64,000 bases of DNA from Octopus sinensis (GCF_006345805.1 NC_042997.1:29078001-29142000); one strand, 5' to 3'; counted from the stretch's first letter, positions 38,424 to 51,559 are shown. Notes: a model not told the origin generated them from the sequence alone. Translations and numbers: made by a program.

Positions 38424-40124
38424 CAGACACAGAAACACTAATACAACCCAGGACAACGGAAAAAATAACCCTAAATGACTGGAATATCTACAGTTTCCTG
38501 TGAGTATTTTGAACTTCCCTCAAAATAAGTTAAGGAACTTACATATCTACTGCTTTGGACATATAAACGAACCCTCAAAACGTTTAGACACTTTAATATC
38601 TCCAATTTTGTGTGAACATTTTGTCTTCCTTTTTTACCTTACTAACTGAAAATGAAACATGCCTTTTATTTAAAAACAGAATTAAATGGATGATAAAAAT
38701 ATAAATCTGCACAACTACAAAAACTGTAAACCAGACCTAAACTATTAAGAAGAAAAGAAAAAGTCCAAAAGAAAAAGAAAAAGAAATTCAGAAATTCAAA
38801 AATCCAGCGAGTTGAATATCTCTTCCGCCTATTTTTTCGAAAAAGTGGAACATCTACAACTTCCTGTGAATATTTTAAATCTTCCTCAAAATAAGTGAGG
38901 AATGTTACATACCTACAGCTTTCGAACACACAGTCGAAATTAAATAGGCAGAATAAGATCGTAGCTATCAACACATGGGTGGTTTCACACCTTAGATATG
39001 GAGCAGGGGTACTGGCATGAACAGTAGACGAAGTAACCAGCTTAGACAGACAGACAAGGAAGTTGCTAACTAGGTATGGGTCACTCCGCCCAATATGTGA
39101 CACAGACAAAATGTATGTACCAAGAAAAAGAGTGGGAAGATGACTTATTGGATGCGTACACAGCATTAGAGCAGAAGAAAACAACATAACATTGTATCTG
39201 AAAAATGCCACTGAACCGCTATTATTTGAAGTAAGAATTCCAGGCATGTGTAGGATGAAAGACTGCAAAGATAAAGCACTACACAGGAAATTGAAAACGG
39301 TTGATACAGAAAAGAATGCATGGTCAATTTCATAGGGATGTTGATGATACGACAGACAGAGAAAAAAGATGGCTGTGGATGACTAATGGTGATTTAAAAC
39401 CGGATACGGAGCCTCTATTCTGTGCTGCCGAAGAGCAAGCACTAAATACAGATTAGACAACACAGCAGAAAGTTATAAGTGCAGATTCTGTGGGCAAAAC
39501 GGTGAAACCGTAAAGCTATTACTGGCCATTGTACGCCACTAGCCCAGAAAGAATATAAGAAACGTCACGACAAAATAGCCAGGTTTGTCCATTGGACACT
39601 TTGCAAGAAGTATGGACTTGATAGAACAAAAATTGGTACAGCCACAAACCTGAATGGCATCGTGAAAAGTAGAAATTGAAAGATCTTATGGGACTTTATG
39701 ATTCAGTGCGACAATGAGATAGAGAATAGGAAGCCGGACATAGTCTTAATTGAGAAAGAAAACAAACTATGCTAGATCGTAGATATAGCGTGCCCAGCTG
39801 ACAAGAAGGAATGCGATAAGGAAGTAAGAAATGTCGATAGATATGATAGTTTCGATTTGGAAGTTGAGAAGTTGTGCTCTGTGAAAAAGGTAGCAGCAGC
39901 AACAATAATTGTCGGAGCCCAGTAACAGTGAGCACAAATTTCTAGAAGTACGTGGAACAAATAGGGGCTGCAATAAGGATGGAACACTTCCAGAAAACCG
40001 AACTAATTCGAACCGCTCGAATACTCCGGAAGATGCTCGAAAAATAAGAGGTTTTTCTTTAGTTCACTGGTAGTGAACAGCTGACACTGTAAGATATCTC
40101 CATCGTTAGAAGCTGTGCAAAGTC
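38424..40124 (+). mobile_element. R4/Dong-clade copy C, bounded by (AAT)n on both sides
   Basis: From about 38940: KIVAINTW...LDRQTRKLLTRYG, CRFCGQNGETV, WDFMIQCDNEIENRKPDIVLIEKENKLC*IVDIACP. (AAT)n at 38372-38423 and 40125-40325. The origin of 38424-38935 is unclear. Confidence 0.85.
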
Positions 40125-40197
<73 letters not shown>

Positions 40198-40325
40198 GTA
40201 ATAATAATAATAATGATAGTAATAATAATAATAATTATTATTATTATTAGTAGTAGTAGTAGTAGTAATATTATTATTATTATTATTATTATTATGTTAA
40301 TAATAATAATAATAATAATAATAAT

Positions 40326-40837
40326 TGCCTTAATGCAGTGCAAAGCAGTGGCCCTAATGGCTTCTTATCTTAACTGATTGTAAGTGTTATAATTTACATT
40401 GGATTGTCTTGGTATAACAGATGGGCTGCAGCAAATATTCTGCTGAATAACACAGATTTGCTTGTCAGCTCTTTGTATTTATCGAGTTGAATATGTCCCT
40501 TAGTGGCTGACGATATCTGAATCTCTGAGCAGTGATATTGGGGGAGCATCATGGCCATGTGTTGAGAGGAATTCTTTGGGGTTTGGATAATTCACCTTTG
40601 GTGTTTCGTTCAACATCCTTAACCAACCCTTATTCAAGGACTTTTTGAGCTGGATGGGCTATTCGACCTGAAGAAAATTATTACTGGGCCCCACATGCAA
40701 TGTCATGTATTGTTAATCTTGATAAGAGATCACCATGACGTGCACATTTTTGTTATGCATGCGACTGGTGTACGCTTATCAGACGGGTAGTCATGATAGG
40801 TATACTGAGCTTACCCAAGAGACACTTTCTCTCACTC
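40326..40837 (+). mobile_element. Non-coding (AAT)n-embedded repeat element, full ~510-bp copy
   Basis: Bounded exactly by (AAT)n on both sides. Homologous to 18197-18608 and to a stub at 12679-12697. No ORF and no obvious tRNA head. Confidence 0.8.
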
Positions 40838-40902
<65 letters not shown>

Positions 40903-41108
40903 TAATAATAATAATCTGAGAATGAAATTTCATGTTTCAATTCATCGCTACGCGCGTTTCCACGTGTTACATGGTGTTTGTGACTATAATCCATATTCAT
41001 AGGATTATTACAATATAATTTGTGATAGACATGGATATTACGTTAAGTCGTTATTCCTGCTTTCATTTCATCAGGTGATATAGCATCATATTTGGACGTA
41101 ATGAATAC

Positions 41109-41186
41109 TTAACTGAATGTTGTTCATCAATGTCCACCAATCAAATGGTTCAGTGTGGTACGTGAGCGTGCCTTTGTATATTCGAA
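41109..41186 (-). CDS. Putative exon 5 of the LRR-like gene (FRIYKGTLTYHTEPFDWWTLMNNIQL)
   Basis: 78-bp phase 1-1 exon with TTAG acceptor and GTATTC donor. Could be chance. Confidence 0.22.
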
Positions 41187-41404
41187 CTAACCGTGTATGT
41201 ATATACATAGAAACGAGAAGGGAGAGATGGAATTGGTATCATCGTACTAAGCAGCTAAGTTGATGAGAAAAGAGAATGTGAATAATACAAGAAGGAAAGG
41301 AATGGTAATAATAAGGGAATGAGGGAGTGTATGGTAAAGCTACAGTGTATTGATATTTATCTGTGTACATGATGGGATGAGGAATGTATGTCATTGGTTA
41401 GATT

Positions 41405-44400
41405 TTAGACACAGCAGACACTTCCTTAATGAATTCAGATGCTGCAGGGCATTTCCCTTAAAGGTTATTGTATCCTTCGTCTCCAATGCCGTGGTGCCGC
41501 CACGATATTGTGGCTGATGGTTTTGATACACTGTACCAGTCTTTCAAAGATCCTATGGGTTTGACTTTAGGCACAGCAGACACTTCCTTAATGAACTCAG
41601 ATGTTGCAGAGCAACTCCCTTAAAGGTTATTGTATCCTTCGTCTCCAATGTCGTGGTGCCGTCACGATTTTGTGACTGATGGTTTTGATACACTGTACCA
41701 GTCTTTTAACTACAAATAAGAAAATGAGGCAGCCGTAATAACAAGATAATGTTCCAACAATCTCTTCACGAACCAGCAATCTGTATTTCAAACAAAATAA
41801 CCAACTGACACTTTCTGAATTCACTGCGAACTGAAGTCGATCTGACACACAAACTTCACTCCGACAGCTAAAATTCATAATCGCTCGGACCAGTCTATTT
41901 CTCGCAAAGGGTTGTCGTGACTCTCTTCACAACATCAGGTTTGGAATTTCGACAGCCGTAAGAAGTGAAATTTATTCTAATTTATATTTTGCCAGCAACA
42001 CTCCCTCTCAGTCTGCTTTTTTTTTTGTTTTAGAATATTTAATGTCCTTTTCGTTTTGACATTATTTCTAAGTGTACAGCCTCTTTCCTTTTTCTACTGC
42101 TGCACCTGATATACTGAATCTCTTTCGGTGTTGGCACCTCAAACATATCATATCAGACTTCAGTTGGTATTTCCTTTCGTTTTACAGTGTGTCTCTCTTA
42201 TGTTTCCATCATTGTCCTTTAATTACATTCTCCATGTTTCCTAATGTTTTAGTTAAAAAAACCATCCTCCCAGCTTTCTTTACAATTTTTGTATATTTTA
42301 GAATGAACTTTGGCTCAAACTTCGAAATATTTTGTTACCTTTTGTGCATTTCCTTTAAATATATATTTTCTTGGAAATAATTTATCGAGGATCTATTTTA
42401 TTCTTCGCGGGAACATTAACTCTGTCGGAGACTTTCCTGAACTGGTATTGAAATGCAATAGATCGATTCTAGTGTCATAATTATGGGTGACAATTTCATA
42501 TGACATCGCTAGGAAAAACTGCCGTTCAAAAGATCCCTTTATTGTTGTCTTTGTTGTTGGTTTATTGCACCTGCACACTTCTGGCCACTTTGTACCTCTA
42601 TGAACAACGATTAGATTGTATGCGTCATTCACCGGTCAAGCGTAGGCGATATGCACCCTGGACCATGGATTATCAGTCTCAAGACAGGATTGGTATTTCA
42701 CCGGTGGTGCTTTGGCTCCTAGTACACAACCTCTACATGGTTTTATACAATTTTCAAAGTTTCGGTCCATTGTCGGCCAATATACATAGCCCCTTATGAA
42801 GGCTTTGATCCTCAACAAACCCGAGTGTCCACTGTGGACTTCCTGCAATACCCGTTTCTGTAGTGCATTTCCTACTACCATTCTTTGTGCTTACATTAAA
42901 ACATAGACGCATAGTGAAAAATTATTCGAATTTGTGTTTTTATTTTGCTTATTTTTCAACATTTCTTTCATTCTTGTAATGTAATTATCCTCTGCTGATT
43001 TCATTTTTATATTATGCGCTGTCACTGGCAGTTCGTGAATAACATTACACTTAACGTTTTTAATTAACTTTTCCTTCAGTTGAGCTACTGAGTTCTTTTC
43101 ACTGATGAGACACTCATTTAATTGACTTATTGGGAGATCTCCGACCAGTCAGTACCAAACAGATTAGTTGCGTTCTTTACAATGCAAACATTCCTTTAAA
43201 TGTAACATCATTCCAACTTTCGCGTACAAAGTCTAGTTTCTCACCCGTCAAACCACGTGCAGTTTTTGCTGTTTTTCTTAAACAGGTTTCGCTATTATAT
43301 TCCACGTGTCAGTGTTAATGATTGAAATGTCACTACCAGTATCCAGTTGTAATTTAATATTTACTTCGTTTACTTTTACGTGTCTAAATTTCCTTATTTT
43401 GAAGTCGAAGTTATTTTCTACTGAGAACACTTTAAGATTTTTGACATTTTACCTTCGTACTCCTCCTCTGCAGTATTAACTCTTGGGTTCAAACTTTTAA
43501 CAACTGTAATTGTTATGGTTTTTAAAGGAACAATCTTTACTGAAATGCATGCTTCCACATCCGTAACATGGATCAAGACCTAGCCATCGTCTTTGGTTGC
43601 ATTTTCTCGGTCGACATATCTGCACTTTTGCGAAATTCTTTTCTTGAATTTTTCGTACGCTGTTTTTCAATTTCACAATCATTCGACACTCTTCGGCAAC
43701 AGTCTGCAGGGTTAAATCTTGGTTCATTTGTTCAAGGTTTGGAAGAATTATTGTCCGTATTTCTGTATTGTCCTTTACTGTAAAGTCTTGTACTAAAATG
43801 AGGCAGTAAGACATCTCGGGAGTAAGTTTTCTAAGTTGGAAACTTTCACACACTCTGTTCACTCTTCCTACATACGTAATAAAGTCATCATCCTATTTCT
43901 TAGCGAAATTCCAACTTCCCATTCGTGTGTTGAATAGAGACGTTTTATTACCGAACATGTTAGACACTAATTTGATTATTTCCCGAAAACAAATTTCACT
44001 AGAAGTGTTCGTCACTATGAATTTACCGTATCGAACATGCTCGGACGGCGCTAATTTACGTACTATTATCCTTACTTTTTCTTCGTCCGACCATGTATTT
44101 CAATCTTCCTTAATAATCTTCTCGTGCCTTCTGTTGCACGCTGCATAAGTTATGCTCCCATCGTAATTGTTGTTGCTTTTTATTATTACAGAAGCTTTAT
44201 TATTACAGAAGCTATGCTTTCAATCATTTAACAAGATGTATCAGGAACAGATTGTTAAATAAACTACGTAAGCTTCAAAACACTCATCGCCAGTTATTTT
44301 ATCCTCCGTTCCCGCTGTTGTGGAACCGCCACGATATTGTGACGGATGGCTTTGATACACTGTACCAGTGTTGTAACAATAAACAAGATAACGATTCAAC

Positions 44401-44582
44401 CGTAATAACAAGGTAACGATTCCACAATCTCTTCCCGAACAGACGATCAATATTCCAAACGAACTAACCAACCAACACCTTCCGAATTCACTGCAAACTC
44501 CACTATAACTAACTCACAAACTTCATTCCTACCGGTATTATTTACAATCACTCGGTCTAGTCTATTTCTCGCAAGGAGGCGA

Positions 44583-44585
<3 letters not shown>
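41405..44585 (-). mobile_element. Decayed Ty3/gypsy LTR retrotransposon with two LTR-like ends
   Basis: gag-like ORF 43497..43862 with knuckle CYGCGSMHFSKDC; integrase HHCC LQEVHSGHSG...VYWPTMD...CRGC (42636..42881); PPT GAGAGGGAG immediately before TG at 42000; homologous LTR-like blocks at about 41405-42000 and 44168-44585. RT/RNase H appears deleted. Confidence 0.85.
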
Positions 44586-44638
<53 letters not shown>

Positions 44639-45044
44639 AATATATGTGTATATATGTATATATATATATATATATACATACGTATACACACACATATATA
44701 TAGTCATATCAAGCATATCAAGTAAACCAGTTTGATTATCAACACGATAAATAGCGCAAATAAATTCTGTGGGCAATGATTAAATTAGAAATATTTATGA
44801 ATTAGAAAAAATACGTATACCATTTTTATAAAATTGCATTTAAAGCAGTAGTAAAACTAAATTCATTGCCACACTTAACGACATTAATTTGTCTGCAGCA
44901 AAAGATCGCTATCAACTTAAGTACAGTATTTATTTATGAGCCCACAAATTTTCCTTCCTAAAATAAACCTCGATATTGTAATAAAAAATATCTACAATTA
45001 ACTCTTTTCCGCCTAAATATCTCTGGAATATTCCAAGTTCCTAC

Positions 45045-45169
45045 ATTTCAATTTGAGTGAATCCAAGCTATAGATGAATTCCGCATTCTCCAATTTAATG
45101 TATCTAATCCTTACAGTTGATAGTAAATCACTTTTCAATTCTGTAATTGCCTTTCCAAAAGCTTTTATA
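45045..45169 (-). CDS. Putative exon 4 of the LRR-like gene (SIKAFGKAITELKSDLLSTVRIRYIKLENAEFIYSLDSLKLK)
   Basis: Strong acceptor CCTAGTTTTTTCAG, open only in phase 2 (matches exon 3), LRR-type hydrophobic periodicity. The donor choice (GTAGGA at 45044 or GTAAGG at about 45114) is uncertain. Confidence 0.42.
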
Positions 45170-45377
45170 CTGAAAAAACTAGGCATGATAACAAATCAAA
45201 ATTTTAGGTTAGATAGGGTAAGATATATTTACCAAAGCTTTTTGCATAAAAGTTGTAGATAAAGAAAAGCCGATGACCATTTGCATATGAATGCGTTACA
45301 ATATTTTTGCAGAAATCAAAAAATTATGTAGGATTGTCTATATAACATACATGGTGCGAGTGATTCATTTGACATCT

Positions 45378-45785
45378 TTTACTCTTTTACTTGTTTCAGT
45401 CATTTGACTGCGGCGATGCTGGAGCACCGCCTTTATTCGAGCAACTCGACCCCGGTACTTTTTCATTTTGTAAGCCCAGTACTTATTCTATCGGTCTCTT
45501 TTGCCGAACCGCTAAGTAACGGGGACGTAAACACACCAGCATCGGTTGTCAAGCAATGCTAGGGGGACAAACACAGACACACAAACATACACGCACACAC
45601 ACATATATATATACATATACACGATGAGCTTCTTTCAGTTTCCGTCTACCAAATCCACTCACAAGGCATTGGTCGGCCCGGGACTATAGCAGAAGACACT
45701 TGCCCAAGGTGCCACGCAGTGGGACTGAACCCGGAACCATGTGGTTGGTTAGCAAGCTACTTACCACACAGCCACTCCTGTGCCT
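45378..45785 (-). mobile_element. SINE family 2, full length
   Basis: Near-consensus copy. Confidence 0.92.
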
Positions 45786-46086
45786 GTTTATCTTCACGGG
45801 GTTGATGCATTAATTTCTTCATGAATTCCAACATGTGAACGCAAAATTACTTCACAGTTCAGTGCTTATATTTACAATCCTAACATTTATTCCATTATGT
45901 CTTTGCCGAACCGCTAGGTTGCGGGGACACAAACGCATAAGCATTTGTTGTCAAGCGATGTTAGGTGTGGGCGCAAACACAGACACAGACACACAAACAC
46001 ACACACACCCACACACACACACACACACACACATACACACACACAGACGCACACACACATACACACACACACAATCATATATATAA

Positions 46087-46256
46087 GCGCAGGAGTGACG
46101 GGGTGGTAGGTAGCTTGCTTACCAACCACATGGTTCCGGGTTCAGTCCCACTGCGTGGCACTTTGGGCAAAAGTCTTCTACTATAGCCTCGAGCCGACCC
46201 AACCCTTGTGAGTGGATTTGGTAGACGGAAACTGAAAGAAGCCCGCCGTATATATG

Positions 46257-46287
<31 letters not shown>

Positions 46288-46490
46288 ATGCTTGTGTGTC
46301 TGTGTTTGTCGCCCAAACATCACTTGACAATCGATGCTGGTGTGTTTAAATCGTCATCACTTAGCGGTTCGGCAAGAGAGACTGATACAATAAGTACTCC
46401 GCTTCCAAAGAATAAGTCCTGTGGTCGATTTTCTCGACTAAAGATGGTGCTTCAGCATGGTCGCATTCAAATGACTGAAACAAATGAAAT
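46087..46490 (+). mobile_element. SINE family 2, full length, nested inside an older opposite-strand family 2 copy (45905-46084 plus 46491-46630)
   Basis: The flanking minus-strand halves are the 3' and 5' parts of one copy, split at its TA spacer. Confidence 0.85.
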
Positions 46491-47091
46491 AATACGACGG
46501 GCTTCTTTGCTCGGCCCGAGACCACAGTAGAAAACACTTGCCTGAGGTGGATGTGGCACGCAGTGGTATAGAACCCGGAACAATATGGTTGGTAAGCAAG
46601 ATACTTACCACTCAGCCACTCCTGTACGCATGTATATATAAGTGCATTTTCTGTACTCAAAGAAATAGCGAGACACGGAACACCTGTACTCTAAACAAAG
46701 AAAACGCATAATAAATATGAGTTTAATTTAAACCCATGATTTTAAACCATTTAAAATCATAGATTAAATCTAAAAATTTTTATTTAATTTTTTGGGAAAG
46801 CACTTATTGGTCTAATCTTATGAAAAGAAAGAATTCTCAGTGACCATAACAAAAACCTTACCTTTAATCTCTAAATTTTCATGCAAGCTCAAATCGTTAG
46901 CTGATCGAAGACGTATTGCCAACTGTTAAACCAGTATGAAACTGCTAATGTACAATAATGCTCCAAGCCAAAAGGCACTACTTATCAAATTGCGATGTTG
47001 AGCTAAGTTTATTTCACATCCAAGTTGATTTTGCATATTTTGAAATAGGATTAATTTCAAAATTTGAAATCAATATTGCACGTATACATAC

Positions 47092-47280
47092 GCGGAATTG
47101 GCAAAATCGTTAGCTTGCCGGTAAAACTGCTTAGCGTCATTTCGTCCGTCTTCACGTTCTGATTTCAAATTCAGCCGAGGAACCTTCACTTTTCATATTT
47201 TCCGTTTCAATTCATTTGGACCATTTGAGCATTGGACATACAACTTCGGGGTCGATAAAATAAGTGCCAGTTGAGCATTG
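47092..47280 (+). mobile_element. SINE family 1, diverged copy
   Basis: GGCAAAATCGTTAGC head, GTTCTGATTTCAAATTC B box, CGGGGTCGATAAAATAAGT. Confidence 0.75.
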
Positions 47281-47489
47281 AACTTACACTTTAACCCATT
47301 CTTTCAAGAATGATGCCAAAATATTATTGCATACTCCATAAAAATGTCCTTATTCTGCTTTGTAAAGTGTTTACATATTGATAACCGTTTGAAGACGTAT
47401 ATAAACGCTTAGGAATATCGTGATGAGCTTAAAAGTTTGCAATATTTTTGGAGTATATTTGCTTTATTCGTCTTGTTATAACAAAAGCA

Positions 47490-48315
47490 ACCCAGTATTA
47501 AAAGATGAGGTCATCGTATTGCACAGACTAGAGCCATACTTCTACCAGTAGTTTGGTACCACTCTCATAATAGTTCTTGTCTTGAAGGCGAGGAAATCCT
47601 TCGCTCGATATTCCACATCATCTAGATGGATGAAGCGTCGCAAGCGCAGTGAGTGAACCATAGAAAGGAACATGTAATAATCCGAGAAGGCCATCAGCCA
47701 CCAGCTCCATTTCGTCAATACCTGGTGTTTTCTTTCGGGCCGTTGCAGCAGTTTGAAAATTTGCATAATGTTGGTGCCGAAAAACTCGCTTTCTGTAGAC
47801 TAATGCCAGATATTTTTAACACACAATATTATCTAGACGTGCGATGCTGAGCTCATTGACACTCTCCGAGCGCTGCTCGCTTGATTTGCTGCTACGACTT
47901 GGAACACGGCCTTGGAATGCATAGTTTCAGGCCTGCCTGACTTTACATGATCGTTGAAATTCTTGAAACATCAGTGAAAGTACTTTAACCACCAGGTTAT
48001 TGTGATGTGATTAATTGCGCTTTCACCTTTCACACAACAAATATTTTGGCCTGCTTCCGCGGCATTAAGGCCAAGGTCGAACTCTAAAAAATCATAAGTA
48101 TCCCAACTGGACTACGTTGCATGCTCATTTCTACGGCTTTCAAATCACATGCGGAGTGAAGCAATGCACAACGCTTCTGCTCAGCAACAGTCAAGATCCC
48201 AGCAGCCTCAGTGTGTATCTTCCACACCTTGAAATATTTCACTCACATTATTTACACACTGCAAACTAGCAAGTATGCACAAAATGCAAACGTTTGACTT
48301 ATCTCAACATTAACA
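47490..48315 (-). mobile_element. mariner (DD34D-type) transposase remnant, internally deleted
   Basis: C-terminal LMAFSDYYMFLSMVHSLRLRRFIHLDDVE (degenerate SPDLAPSDY block). N-terminal HTH vestige (EFDLGLNAAEAGQNICC-like) near 48020-48090. Confidence 0.75.
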
Positions 48316-49399
48316 GTTTGGGATGCCTAACTGAGGATTTAAATATTTCATAAATATCAAAATATGCTTAATCCTTTCATTCTAAAATATATAGAAACGT
48401 ATTCCTTATATGCATAAATATTTTTTATAAGAACATGTGCTACCAACTTGTATTACATGTCACAGTATGTAATGAAAATAACTATGCTCAATTTTTGTCA
48501 ATATTTTATTATACATTAATGATGCATTTAATATTTAATGAAAATTTAATACGACGTAAGGAGATAAAATTACATATACATTTAATTATTTGTTAAAGTT
48601 GCTAGAGAAAATAAAGTTGTGGCGATATATTTTAATAAGTAAAGTAGGTAGCAATTCCATGGATACATGTTTACTTACATTATAAGTATGAAGGAGTGCA
48701 GTTCACGATGCGATTAGCTTACGTAAGTATATTTGTATGGTTTCACCGTGTAATCTTTTAACCCGATTTAACACTGAGAGATATGCAACTGAATCGTTAA
48801 GTCGAAGCGTAGCTTCAGTACTAGTTAGAATACGTGTAAATATGAGATGATGCTTATCTATATACACATGTACACGGTAGCATGTATATGTATACATGAC
48901 AATTTATTTCTATATTTAATCTTATAGTCATACAATCCCCCACCATATATATATACAGGTATATGCATATGAATATTATATGTATATATGAGTGGGTATA
49001 TCATATACACACACTGAGAAATATATGAATTATATTTAGATACTTAAGTGTTGCTTCAATTTAAACGCAATATTTTAAAGCTGCTGTATCTGAGTGGAAA
49101 CAGATTGAAACATGAAGCAATGATTTTGGAATTCATTAAACGCAATGTACATATTATCTACAACATTGAGTTTATTCAGTTCTTCGTATTGTGCATTGAA
49201 ACGCAGATCTGATTGAAATCTACTTACTTCTTATTGAAATATAGGCATCCATTGCAACATTCAATTAATCTGTCTCTTCTTTATAACTATTTACTACTAA
49301 AAACTTTGGACTGACATAGATGTCAATGGTTTCAATTTATATGTGTGTTGCTGCTTTGAGACCAATTTTCATAAAGAAGGCCAGCACTTTCGTGGGAAT

Positions 49400-49570
49400 G
49401 GTGAGTCGATTACGTTCGCCCCATTGTTCACCTGCTACTTGGTTTCTCGACGCGGAAAAAGATGAAAGGCAAAGTTGACATGTGCGGAATTTGAAATCAG
49501 AGCGGGAATATGAACGAATTACCGCTAATAATTTCGCCCGGCGTACTAACGAGTCTGTCGGATCGATGCC
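49400..49570 (-). mobile_element. SINE family 1, degenerate
   Basis: GATGAAAGGCAAAGTTGAC...GGAATTTGAAATCAGAGC...TTTCGCCCGGCGTACTAAC. Confidence 0.75.
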
Positions 49571-50614
49571 TTATGAAATTATATAATATTCACCGTTCTG
49601 CTAAACCACAGAGAGCAATGTCATGTTTCTGCTGTGGCTTATACATAAATGACACTGGTAGGGATTCTAGTGTGTACAAAGAATGAAAACATAAAATAAA
49701 ATGCGATAATGAGTGAAATACGCTCTTGTACGGACATGCATGTGTAAATATATATAAAGTGTGTTAGATAGTTAGATAGAGATAGTGACAGACAGATAAA
49801 TATATAGATATATAGATAAATAGATAAATATCTAGATACAGTGAGAAAGAAACAAACAGAAAGATAAATAGATAGATAGATTGATAAAAAGATAAATACT
49901 GCTGACGTCATACAGTCTTTGTCTACGAAATCCACTAAGGTAACTTCGTAGATTCGGAGCTGCAGTAACATTCACTTACAAACGTGAAAACTCATGTATG
50001 CCTGCTAGCATGTATGTATGTATTTATGTATACATGTATGTGTCAAAGATGAGAAGCAGCAGTTTTGTTTACATGAGAAAGTTTTTATTTGAAAAGACCA
50101 CATAAAAAGCATTAATATTTAAATATTTAAAATAAACATTACACTTGACAACCTGCGTTTGCTAAATATGTTTGATTCTTTTAGGTATTGACTTTTTTCT
50201 TTTTCTCTCGTGTATACCAAATTCGAATTAGTGCTTTCGGAAAAAAGAGGAAGCATAAATGTTTTCTTCAATACACCAAGTATATTTTATCAAAGGAAGA
50301 ATCGTATTCATTCTACAGAGTCCGGAAATTATTAATATAGTTTTTGCGAAGAGACTATTGTAAATATTTATCATAAGTAAAAGATAGGTATCAAAGAATC
50401 GCCGAAGAACATCTGCTCATATATATTTGAAGTATTTTCACATTACACGCAGCTGTTTCTCATACTCCAAGGAATTCACACACACAAAAAAATTATTGTG
50501 TATTGAAGGTGTTCTTTAATTTGTCATTCCTTCAGCATATTGATTCATTGCTTGTTACGAGATGGTAACGAAATAATATCTATATAAGTGGGTATTCACG
50601 AAACTGAGATATAC

Positions 50615-50696
50615 CTCTTGATTTCAACTCTCTGCTTTAGAATCGTTTTCGCTGGCACCAAGAACTGATTCACTTTGTCTCCTTTGGTATATATCG
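50615..50696 (-). CDS. Putative exon 3 of the LRR-like gene (AIYTKGDKVNQFLVPAKTILKQRVEIK)
   Basis: Acceptor TTATCGATTTTATAG, donor AG|GTATAT, open only in phase 1 (matches exon 2), 82 bp. Confidence 0.42.
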
Positions 50697-50927
50697 CTAT
50701 AAAATCGATAATGTTGAAAAGTATACGTTACATCATAGGTTAAATTCACACGTTTGTGTCATTAAAGTTGTGTAGCATGAATAAAAAGGAACGGAAGAAT
50801 AAGATACACGTAAGAGAAACTGATATTCTATACCTTAGTTCATACGTGTCCACGTGTCTAGGTGTGACTGTAACTATTTATGCACACGTATGTCCGTACG
50901 ACGGCATGTATGCATGCATGTATACAT

Positions 50928-51012
<85 letters not shown>

Positions 51013-51559
51013 GTATGTATATACTATGCATTATATATAAGTGAATAGGTGTGCATATATTGTGTGGATGTCAAAATGGTGTATAAGTTGTAAAAATGAC
51101 TTTCGTATATGGAATATATTTCGCCATTCTTCAGCTTTTCTTTCGGCTGCTTGTGGTTGATTGTCAGAGTAATACGTCAAGTTCATTCAGCCTTCAGCCT
51201 AAAAGAAATAACAAATACCCAGCATGAGGAAGGCAGCCAATAAAGTTTGATCGTTAAAGATATTCATCTCTCAATTTCCTCTCGTTTTAAGCGATCATTC
51301 GATATTTTGTCACTCAAGATTATTGCTTTGCAAGTTTCTCTTCATTCGATTCGAAAGTCTATTTATGGAAGGACTTATATGTAACACAGAAGTAATAGTT
51401 TCGAGAAGAATACATATTTTATCTGCTTTTGAAGACAACAAACTCTTTATTTGATATCGAGGATATTTATCATTCATGTTTTCGACATTACTTTTATCTA
51501 AAATTTCCATATTCTTCTCTATCTCTACCTCTCTCACATTCTCTCTCTCTCTCTTTAAT

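Noticed and set aside
51040-51203. Strong minus-strand acceptor followed by a 52-aa frame (MNLTYYSDNQ...)
   Set aside because: Stops in all three phases immediately after the acceptor, no donor, and no recognisable product.
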